A stretch of 62,956 nucleotides of DNA, counting the filler, from Stramenopiles sp. TOSAG23-6 (Eukaryota), in NCBI GenBank assembly GCA_900128565.1. It is 6 parts of 6 records of this genome, joined end to end, with 100 filler letters (N's around TTAATTAATTAA, not from the genome) between each part and the next. Parts side by side here need not be neighbours in the genome. Positions count along the whole stretch, not along the records: positions 24,689 to 36,900 come from LT636211.1; positions 37,001 to 49,195 come from LT636212.1; 4 more parts are not named here. One strand, written 5' to 3'. Below, one piece after another: positions 30,066 through 40,140 of this stretch; the first letter of the stretch is position 1; each line of letters starts with the position of its first letter. The notes under the pieces are model-generated. The model did no database searches, was not told the DNA's origin, and worked only from the letters and a program-made list of their open reading frames with translations. Position numbers and translations under genes: made by a program.

Positions 30066-32451
30066 ATGAATTGCAGACACGTTAAAACTGGAGTAATGTT
30101 GTTTTTGTTGTATTCAACACAACTTATCAATTGCGCAAAAATGGTAGTGTTTATGTTACCAGGAGAACAGCCAGGCTCAACTTTTGATGAGAAAAACCCG
30201 TTCGAAACGAATCCACGTCTTGAAAATAAACAGTGGGATTGGATTAAAGCTGTAAATGACTGGCATTATGCGATGCTCAACGACGACTCTCGAAATCATG
30301 CTTTCAATAACGCACTCAAGGAGGTTGTACGTCCAGGATCAATTGTTCTTGATGTTGGCACAGGTTCTGGGCTTCTTGCAATGATGGCAGCGCGTGCTGG
30401 CGGGCCTACGTGCGCTGTAGTAGGTATAGAAGGAAATAGCGACATGGCTGAGATAGCCAAGCTTGTTGTTCAGGATAACCAACTACAGGATCAAATTACT
30501 GTTTTAAATAAGAGATCTAACAAATTTTCCGTTGAAGAATTTCATTCCACCGTTGAAAATATTTTCGAGAGACAATCTCTAAATGTTGAATTACCTACAA
30601 GTCCAAGTAAAAATAATGAGAAAGATTTAGCTGACGTCATAGTTGCTGAGTTATTTGGTTCTGCACTATTAGGTGAAGGAGCATTATATTTCATTCGCGA
30701 TGTTAGGAAACGGTTGTTAAAACCTGGTGGGACGATCATTCCAGCAGCTGGCGCACAAAATTTACGATTAGTAAACTCAAAATCTTTAGGAAAAATTACG
30801 AGTGTTGACAATTGGGATGGATTTGACTTGAGCCGTATGTACGTGTTTACCATGATTTTCTAATTTATATTTTTGTACCCATTTCAAAGGTAACTTATTA
30901 CCTAATGAATTTCCAATTTGATATATTTCCCTAAAATATATGAATATAGCACGAGATACTGACACATTATTTACAAAGCGATTGGGTGTACCACGTACGT
31001 TTTCAAAATTGAATTTTAACCTAACTTTTTTTTTTATAGAAAATCTTGTACCTAACGATTTTTTTTCTCCAAAAAAAAATATATATTTTTTTACAATACA
31101 GATTATATGCTTGGACTAGAATCGCTCGCCGTTGATATTCCAATATATGACATAGACTTTCATACTTGTAACCCCGAAGATATTCCAGATTCTACAATAT
31201 ATTTTCGAATTAGGGTTTTGAAAGCAGGAATAATCCATGCTGTGTCTAATCATTTTACCCTTTTTCTTGATCGAAATAGAAAGATTACAATAAGTTCTGA
31301 TGTACGTTTTCATTTTTTTTTGCCTAATTTTGTTTCGTACGAAATTTTGTACCTAATAACAAAAATCTTGTAATATTTTTTCACAATACATGCACCTGAG
31401 ATACCAAGATGGGTTCATTGGGGGCCAAGAATGCAGTTGATTGAAGACTGGGACTTTTCTGAGGATGGATCTGGTGTAGAAGAAAAACGTTCACATAATT
31501 TACCTAAGTTGTTTCATGTTGAAAAGGGTGAATTTATTGAAGTTATAGTAAATTTCGCTGGGCATCACGGTCAGTACGGAGCTATGCAAATACGACTAAA
31601 TAGAGTTGATCCACCATTGCCTAATTTATATAGTGTACTTCATAGTAATCTTGGTATAGTTAATACAAATGAAACATATGAGAATGACATTCATGCCTTA
31701 CAAAAATTATGTAATACAGATATAATTATTGAAGTTTCTGTTACAAATGCAAAACAAATAACTTTGTATGTTTTATATGAATTTCTAATTTAATTTTTTT
31801 TCATACGAAATGTAGTACCTAACGATTTTTTTTTTGAAATATTTTTTCACAATACTTGTTTCAAACGAGAGGACCGAAGTGGCAAATCAAAAAAGACGCG
31901 GACACGTTTTGCAGAAACAACTTTTTACTTGGAAAGGGTGTTTCGTGTATCAAGACTTTAACAAAAACTGCAGAAAATATCCGTGCAAACTATGTACGTT
32001 TTCAAATTTAAATTCGACTATATTGTTTTTGTACTTAATTTTATACCTAACGAATTTCATTTTTTTTGAAATATTTTTTCTCAATGCATGATGATTCTGA
32101 GGACATATGCAAAATGGGAAAAGTAAATTTCAGTAATAAAGAAGACTGTGGTAATTACATATCATCTCAGTGTGGTTGGCTACATTTTCACGAAATTGAA
32201 GGCATTTTATCGAGCGACGACAAAAATAAAGAAAAACGTATTGTTAAAGATAGTATATATAAAAGGCGGGGAAGTACTAGCAATGATGTATGTTTTATTT
32301 TTTTTCAAATTCGATTTCTTTTTTCGTACGAAATTTTGTACCTAACGATTTTTTTTTGAAATATTTTTCCAAAATACATACCATTTCAGAACGTCCTGAA
32401 TTACAGGATATGGGTGGAATTGAGTTAGAGGGACCCATGGCAAGTTGGTAA
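30066..32451 (+). CDS. Protein arginine methyltransferase-like (PRMT7/9-type SAM domain) with hydrophobic N-terminus; 7 exons
   Basis: WHYAMLNDDSRN, VLDVGTGSGLLAMMAARAG, ADVIVAELFG, LLKPGGTIIP, RWVHWG; six element introns give one open frame. Confidence 0.82.
30839..30941 (+). mobile_element. Introner-like intron GT-AT (degenerate)
   Basis: AT|GTACGT...AAATATAT|G gives FDLSRMN. Confidence 0.78.
30995..31101 (+). mobile_element. Introner-like intron GT-AG
   Basis: Same body, ends CAATACAG; phase 1 in frame. Confidence 0.88.
31302..31391 (+). mobile_element. Introner-like intron GT-AT
   Basis: GAT|GTACGT...CAATACAT|GCA. Confidence 0.88.
31766..31857 (+). mobile_element. Introner-like intron GT-TT
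   Basis: TT|GTATGT...CAATACTT|G; next exon open in that phase. Confidence 0.75.
31994..32089 (+). mobile_element. Introner-like intron GT-AT
   Basis: TAT|GTACGT...CAATGCAT|GAT. Confidence 0.8.
32288..32379 (+). mobile_element. Introner-like intron GT-AT (near-consensus copy)
   Basis: GAT|GTATGT...AAAATACAT|ACC. Confidence 0.88.
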
Positions 32452-32544
32452 TGTTGTATCATTTATAATAAAAAAGAAATTCAAATGTATAAAATAGTTC
32501 AATTATACTAGCTTGAACCAAATGTATAAAATAGTTCAATTATA

Positions 32545-35404
32545 CTAGCTTGAACCAAAAGTTTTCTCCCACTCTTTGAAGCGCGTGCAGAGCTCCGGTG
32601 ACACAGAATATCGAGTTTTCGATATTGCATCTGAAAAGTCAGACACTCGGACACACCCAATCTTATTTTTATTATTGCATTGGTGATCCATATTTTCTTG
32701 TCGAAGACGAGCAAAGTCTTGGGGAGAACATTTGCTGATAAGTCGCCGCATAGGCATCATTGAAGCTTCACGACAGACAACACGAATATCTGAACCGGAT
32801 AATCCTTCCGTTTGATTAGCGAGTTTGGCTACTGAAAGGTCAGCACTCACGGATATATCAGATAAATTCAACTCGATCATCTCTTTGCGAGTTTTAACAT
32901 CAGGCAATGGAATATAGATACGTTTTTCCAGTCTTCGTAATAGAGCACCATCGAGGTCCCATGGAGTATTGGTGGTAGCCAGAACCATTACATGGTTAGA
33001 TTCACTTTCACTAACAAGTCCATCCATTTGCGTAAATATTTCAGACTTTAGACGTCGACTCGCTTCATGCTCTGCTTCCTTGCCGCGCTTTGAAACTAAA
33101 GCATCAATTTCATCTATAAAAATAATTGATGGACTCCTTTCCCGTGCCATTTCAAATAACGTTCTCACTAAACTTTCACTTTCGCCTCTCCATTTTGTGA
33201 CCAATGTGGAAGCAGACATATTGAAGAAAGTTGTTCCTGAAACACCAGCTGTTGCTTTGGCAAGCATTGTTTTCCCAGTTCCTGGTGGGCCAAATAGCAA
33301 TACCCCCTTCCAGGGCTGGCGCAAGCCAGTGAACAAATCAGGCATTAGTAGAGGTAATACTACGGCCTCGCTGAGCAATTCTTTTGCTCGACTAAGGCCT
33401 GCAATATTATCATATGTAACTCCTACATTATGAACAATAATATCTTGCTCTATTATTCGTTCTTGCGATGTTATATTCCGTTTTGTTCTATTTCGCGTTT
33501 TTCTTTGTGTAGTACGTCGCGTGTTACGTCCATTTTGTATATTATATTTATGCTGATTTTGTTTATTTCGAGGCAGTTTGGTAATTTTGTGTGGGGTTTT
33601 GATTTTTCGCACCTTTGAAATATTTGAGACATTATTAGAAAGTTGTTGAGGTACACATGGAGTCATTGTGGTAGATGTTATCATTCTCCTGCGGGTGATT
33701 TTTCTTTCTGATGAAGCACATTCATTGCGTCTATTTGTTTTGCTGTTAGCACATTCATTGCGTCTATTTGTTTTGCTGTTAATTCTTTGTTTACCCTTTA
33801 AAGACATTACACCAACATTTGATACAATAGATTTTGTCTTTGACTTTGACTTTTGGTTTTCTTTTTTATCTATATAAACATCAACAAGTCTCTCTATAAG
33901 ACTCTTTGATACCGTAGAAGTAGAATGTACCGTCGACGCTTTTTTAAAAGTAGTGCACTTTGTAGCCAATGTTGGCGGAATTTGTTTTTTTTCANCNTNA
34001 AAAANAACATGTTTTNAAAAAGGGCCACTCTCCCAAAATGTTCTTACGTTGAGGATTATCAGGGATTTGATTCATTTTAACTTGCTTCGATATTACATTT
34101 TCACTATTTTTAATGGATGAGATATTCGTCTTGTTCGATTGATTTTGTTCTATCATAATGTTTGAATTCATTATTATTTCTTTGAACTTCATTTTAGATA
34201 TTTTAGTTGATGGTATACCGCAGGCTATATCCCAGAGTTTTCTATTTACGTGGTTTCCTACATGGCTCAAAGGTATAGAGTAGCTTCGGTTGTATTTGTT
34301 CTCAATACTACTATTTTTATATTTCGTTTCCTGTGAAATAATTTTAGTATCTGGTATTATTGGCAATTTAGACAATTTGAGTACCGACGAAGTTTTTGTT
34401 CGATTTACTTCAAATTTAGTAAAATTAATACGACTTTGTGCTGCGGCTGCAATACCAACTTCCCCATGTAATTTGTTTGTTGAAACATTGATATTTTTCA
34501 TAATGTCAAATCCATTTAGATTTACATCAACTTTATCTGTGCTATGTCGGATCTGAACGTAAATATCATGTAAATGATCCGTGGCTACATCGAAACATGA
34601 TTGCGATAGTTTAGTCGTATATATAATTGACCAACAATTTTTCGGGATACAATTTGTAGGATTACAAGGTGTTGTATACAAAAGTAATCGTGCAGTTCCT
34701 TCAAAATCTCTCTCTTTTACATCCGAATCTGATTTTTCGTCCGATGAACTTTTTGCTTCTTTATAGTCTATATTCATGATTATAAATGAGCCTTTTGGCG
34801 TATTTGATACCAAAGTGTTTGATACAGAATATCCTAGCACTAATAAAATCCTTCGTACACCTGAAGTGTCACAGTCACAACAAATTTGTGTGTGAATTTC
34901 AAAGTCATCATTTAAAATTGGTGGAGGAACTTCAACTGGCTCTAAAGGCTTAACAGAAGTATCTCTTGCACTTTGTACTTTTGAATTAAATGTACCAATG
35001 AAAAGTCTATTTATTTCATGACTGGTATTCTCTATGGATGTGAATAATTGTGTTTCTTCCATCCGACCGTTGAACGTTTTCTTCTCCCAGAGTTTACCCA
35101 CAGCGAGCGGCCTCGACAAAAACTGCGGAACGCCTAAACTAAAAATTAACGAGTCTTCTTCTGGAGTTAAACATGTTTCTTCTGCATTTAAAATATGCTT
35201 ATTTCCTTTTTCACTATCGATAGATTTCTGTAAATCAAATTTGAATTCAGAAAAATTCGTTGTAGACTTTGTCAATATCGTTTTTGCTGAGAATGTTTTC
35301 TCGTGTTTTGAATTGTTTTTGTGAAGACTTTCATCACAAACATTTTTATCACTCTTTAAAAAATCAAAAGCGTTTACTTCTTCATTTTTTCTGACTGATA
35401 TCAT
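32545..35404 (-). CDS. Katanin p60-like (KATNAL2-type) AAA ATPase, probably one gene with the upstream ORF
   Basis: PWKGVLLFGPPGTGKT, KWRGESE, IFIDEID, EHEASRRLKSE, RRLEKRI; break at ~33970-34020 coincides with N bases. Confidence 0.8.
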
Positions 35405-35687
35405 TATGTATAATGTATACCTATCCGAGGTGGAATTTTGGATAGAAACTAGTCGATATCTTTGAAGAAGAAAACAAAGAAGTCTACTGTAGTTAAAAAA
35501 TTAACCGTTGTATTTGAATATAATTTTCAACGGATGCCCACGATTACACGAAATTGCTAAAAATCGTGGAACAAACCTGTCAATTTATAATTTTTAGATA
35601 GTCAGTCAGTTTATCTGGATAGTAGTTCAATTTGATTATTACAAGTTTGGAAAAGTCAATTATTGACTCTAGAAAGGCTGTACCAAG

Positions 35688-36812
35688 ATGGCGAAACCAG
35701 GGAAGGGATCGTCAAAGAAATTAACTAAACGAACCGATATACAGCTAAAGAAGAATGAGTCAATTAAAAGAGAAGGCAAACAAATTCTTGTTGCTGCTAC
35801 AAGTGGAATGTGGTCTGATGACGACTCTACGTTGGATGCAGAAAAGGAGGAAAGCGTTATCTCGGAGAAGGTATGTCAGGAAGAATCTGATACCGAAGTT
35901 GTGTCTATCGCTACACGTGATAATTTAATGAGTTCTGATTCAGATGAAGACGAACTTCAGCCTAGTCATGATGGTAACGACAGTAAAGAAGAAGAATCCG
36001 ACGACTTAGGGTTAGGGTCTGATGAGTCTTCGGACGATGAAGACGAAGCCCTTGAAAAGAAATCCCAACGTATTCGTGAGGAAATGGCAGCAAATGCTGC
36101 TCTCCCTACCCATGATGCTGATGCAGAGCAAGAAGTCATTGCTCTTCCAACAGCAGAACAGCTACAGATAGAAGAAGCTGAAGGAGCGGATCTAGCCATT
36201 GTTCGCCGGCGTATTAACGACATTGTTGGAACTTTGAGTGATTTCAAACGCCGTCGCGACATTAATCTCACTCGCCGCGAATATATACAGGCTTTGAAAC
36301 GTGATTTGAGTGTATACTTTGGTTACCTTCCTGAACTAGTACAGCTTTTGTTGGATCTTTTCTCACCAGCCGAGGCTTTGGAGTTTTTCGAGTCCAATGA
36401 AGAGGAGAGACCTGTGGTATTACGGACCAATACTTTAAAAACTCGTCGCCGTGATTTAGCCCAGGCTCTTATCGCACGTGGTGTAAACCTTGATCCTGTT
36501 GGTCCATGGACCAAAGTGGGACTGAAAGTGTATGAATCATCCGTACCATTAGGTGCAACACCTGAATATCTCTCAGGTCAGTATATGCTGCAAAGTCCTT
36601 CTTCATTTCTTCCGGTCATGTCTCTTGGACCTCTTCCTGGAGAAAAGTGTCTCGATATGGCATCAGCACCAGGTGGGAAAACAACACATATGGCACAACT
36701 TATGAATAATACAGGTCTTTTATTTGCAAATGAGTTGAGAAAGGAACGAGTTCCTGCGTTGGTAGCGAACTGTGCACGACTTGGTGTTCAAAATGTTGTT
36801 ACAACCTGCCAT
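35688..36812 (+). CDS. NOP2: 25S rRNA m5C methyltransferase NOP2/NSUN1 (3' truncated)
   Basis: RTNTLKTRRRDLAQALIARGVNLDP, GATPEYLSGQYMLQ, LDMASAPGGKTT. Confidence 0.95.
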
Positions 36813-36900
36813 GTATGTTTTATGTTTTTTTCAATTTCGAATTAATTTTTCGTACGAAATTTTGTACCTAACGATTTTTTTTTTGAAATATTTTTCCAAA
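36813..36900 (+). mobile_element. Introner-like intron (cut by contig end)
   Basis: CAT|GTATGT plus full core. Confidence 0.88.
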
Positions 36901-37000
36901 NNNNNNNNNNNNNNNNNNNNNNNNNNNNNNNNNNNNNNNNNNNNTTAATTAATTAANNNNNNNNNNNNNNNNNNNNNNNNNNNNNNNNNNNNNNNNNNNN
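36901..37000. other. Artificial contig linker
   Basis: N-TTAATTAATTAA-N. Confidence 0.97.
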
Positions 37001-37054
37001 ACAAAATTTCGTACGAAAAAAATACATTCGAAATTGAAAAAAAATAAAACATAC
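37001..37054 (-). mobile_element. Introner-like intron, 5' part
   Basis: CT|GTATGTTTT...TTTCGTACGAAATTTTGT. Confidence 0.85.
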
Positions 37055-37417
37055 AGCAGATTAAATGTTTCTGGAGAATATAGACGGGTTAATTTCAGTC
37101 CACCAGAAGTGTGCTCGTTTGTAATTGGTATCACACTTTCACCTATGATTCTATTAATTTTATAGGGCTGACTATTCATATTTCGTGTCGCCATTTCTTT
37201 TTTTGTAAGTGCTTCAAATGCACAATCATAAACTCTAACAGAAATTTCTGGACAGTTCAAATCTTTTATGGAAAGCCACAAATCATCATTCCACACTGGA
37301 CTTATTACACTTTGAACACTTCTTGTACGGCATAGGTATTTCGAATTGTTTTGAAGAGTTTTCATTTTAGTACTCCACGATCTACCAGCCTCGCCAACTA
37401 AAAGTTCCACCACAGTA
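37055..37417 (-). CDS. Internal exon encoding a C2-domain-like segment
   Basis: RTRSVQSVISPVWND...ISVRVYD...IIGESVIPI resembles C2 strands. Confidence 0.6.
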
Positions 37418-37520
37418 ATGTATTTTGGAAAAATATTTCAAAAAAAAAAACTAAAATTTGTTAGGTACAAAATTTCGTACGAAAAAAATAAATTCGAAAT
37501 TGAAAAAAAATAAAACATAC
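37418..37520 (-). mobile_element. Introner-like intron GT-AT (possible chimeric junction)
   Basis: Near-consensus copy between racemase and C2-like exon. Confidence 0.85.
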
Positions 37521-38344
37521 ATGAGTGGAACATCAAATAATTCCTTTTCAGGTAAAGCAATTGGGATTTCAGTGCAACCTAAAATAATAACTTCTGCACC
37601 CATATCTTTCAAATCATTTACGCAGTTAACAAATATATTTCGTGCTTTTTTTGTGACGGGAAATGTTGCTTTTACACCCCATTCTGGATTATAAATTGCG
37701 TCATGTAATGTAGATTGCGCATCATTGGAGACTTCAATGAATTGAAATTCACAAAGTGTATCAGGGTATACATTTGATAAACGAGTACCACTGGTTGACA
37801 TTAATCCAACTTTTTTTGTTTTTGGAGAAACTTTGCGAATGAAGTTTGCAGTTTCATCAATCATGTGCAACAATTTAACGTTTGGTAAAGTGGATATTTT
37901 TTCTTTAAAAGGATCCCATATCACCGATGCATGAAATGTGTTACATGGTACACCTATAACAACGTGATTACTTCTATTTGTAACATTACTATTTACCGCA
38001 GAAAATATTGAATTAACTACTTCAAACATTGCATCACCAGGATTTTCCAAGTCTTCTCCTTTCTTCTGTGTGATAAAATTTGTACGGTCTGGAATTATGC
38101 GAGATTTAGATAAATGAAATATATCGAGATGCCCTTGATCACCGCCTCCAAGAGTTAACGTGTTTTCTATTATCATTTTGTGTAAAAGGCAACCAGCCAT
38201 TGGGCCGACACCTCCGGCTATACCAATTGCAGACTGAGCAGCCGAAGTCGCAATAGTATTCCGAATATTCCTTTGAAACAAATCATTCTTCCCAATGTAG
38301 CACATACGATGCATAATGCGACGATATAGTATTGGAACGATCAT
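37521..38344 (-). CDS. Aspartate/glutamate racemase family protein (cofactor-independent)
   Basis: IGIAGGVGPMAG, DQGH, IPDRT, VPCNTFH, VGLMSTSGT, IILGCTEIP (both catalytic Cys). Confidence 0.9.
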
Positions 38345-38612
38345 GGCAATATTTATATGATCTTTAGAAGCTTTTGTTTAATAGTGTTTTTTTGTTCGCG
38401 TTGTGATTGTTTATTTTTCATTTTTCATTTTTGAGTTTTGACCATCATTTTTTGACAACACAAGACTTAGCTTAGTTCTCGCAGCTGCATTTCTGTTATG
38501 AACTTATTTATGATAAAAAATTGAAAATTATACGATGACCTATAATATATCTCAGCTTTGTGCCGACCGTTTTGTAATTATATATTATGATGTATTTGAT
38601 TGTGCCCACCGT

Positions 38613-38975
38613 TTAAACTTTATTGTACCATGCAGATATATCCTCTATAGAATATCCATATACGAAGAAAAGTTTCGCCAAGTGTAAAATGACGATGCAA
38701 AACTTAAAATCTCGATTCTTCAGACTACTCATTATGTCAATTTGTAATTTGTGTAAAAATGGTTCTTTTTCAAACACGATTTCTTTTTCAAAATTCCTTT
38801 TATCGCCTTTTTTAGGGTTATAGTTTATTGTGTTGGATTTCTGCAATACCTCGAATATAACCGTTGATATTGCAACGAATTGAAATAATTTCGATACTAC
38901 TAAAATTAATCTTGTATGATTGTCAATTTCATTATTTTCTATACTTCGAGGAACTCCAACATAATTGCTGATGTC
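38613..38975 (-). CDS. Terminal exon of an unidentified gene
   Basis: 120-codon open frame (phase 0) directly after an element 3' end. Confidence 0.45.
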   Translation of the reverse strand, partial: DISNYVGVPRSIENNEIDNHTRLILVVSKLFQFVAISTVIFEVLQKSNTINYNPKKGDKRNFEKEIVFEKEPFLHKLQIDIMSSLKNRDFKFCIVILHLAKLFFVYGYSIEDISAWYNKV

Positions 38976-39166
38976 ATGTATTTTAGAAAAATATTTCAAA
39001 AAAAAATCATTAGGTACAAAATTTCGTACGAAAAATAAATTCGAAATTGAAAAAAAATTTCGTATGAAAAAAATAAATTCGAAATTGGTAAAACGTTCAA
39101 TTTTGAAAAAAAATCTAAAAAAATTTCTTAGGTACAAAATTTCGTACGAAAAAAATTAAAACATAC
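38976..39166 (-). mobile_element. Double-core introner-like sequence (probable chimeric junction)
   Basis: Two TTTCGTACGAAATTTTGTACCTAA cores; flanking phases incompatible. Confidence 0.8.
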
Positions 39167-39861
39167 ATGAGACTTTGTCTTGGAGCGGCTTCACCACTTG
39201 GTCTAAACTCCTTACTAAGAACATCAATACAACAAGCTATTATTGTATGAGCACGTGTAGCCATTGATACAGGAAAACTTTCACCCAAAGCGCCTAAAAG
39301 GCGAAGCATTTTCCCTCGAAGGTTAGCTCTATCATGCTTTGTGCTCCCGACATAAAAGTCATAGATCACCTTGATCAAGGATGGAGCACCCAAGGTAACA
39401 CTATCAAAGATCTGCAATTTTACTACTCGATAAATTGGGCTTAATGCCTGCTCTTTAGCTGAATTATTTGGTTCCCTTCGGAAAGCTTGAGAACAAACAC
39501 TAATCATACGCACTGCTGACTGACCAATGTCTGCCGATAAAGCATTAACGTACGAATCAAATAAATCATATAAAACACACCGCGCAGCCTCCAGATCTTT
39601 ATCTTTACTTATCGATGAAGCTAAGGAGCTATCGATAAATTCAAGTACACTTGGTGGGCTTTTTGACACAAATAAGAGGGAATTACAGAGAGCTATTCGT
39701 GTTGCAGACTTAGATTCGGCCTCTTGCATGACTCTCTCACTTAAAGTATGCGCTATATCGCACGCGCTAAGCATATACATTTTATCATCTCCCTTTAGTG
39801 TAACATGTAGATTTACTAATAGCTCCTGTATATTGTCATCTACTTGTTCAGTAGAAGTCAT
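39167..39861 (-). CDS. PRKDC: N-terminal exon of DNA-dependent protein kinase catalytic subunit
   Basis: IALCNSLLF..SVLEFIDSSL, SAVRMISVCSQAFRRE..AKEQAL, LLGALGESFPVSM resemble the DNA-PKcs N-terminal HEAT region as I recall it. Confidence 0.7.
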
Positions 39862-40140
39862 TTTAAGCTCTCTACTAAGATTTTTTACACTGTCATGAAG
39901 ATGGCAGAATTTTGAGATGTTTTTTCGGTACCTTCGATTAAATTTTGACATTTNGACCGAGAAAAAAAAAATTTTTTGGCACAAACCTGGAAAATGAGGA
40001 TATATATAGTCAGCGGCTGTCGGATCCATCTACTACGCCTACCTATATACAGCTAAAGGCGGTTGTAGATATATACTAACCAACAAACCAATTTACAAAG
40101 GCGATTTGTTATAATTGGAACGGGTATAGATATCTCAGAA

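Noticed and set aside
33970-34020. Programmed frameshift in the katanin-like gene (also LRR gene near 59800)
   Set aside because: Breaks coincide with ambiguous N bases, so sequence error is the simpler explanation.
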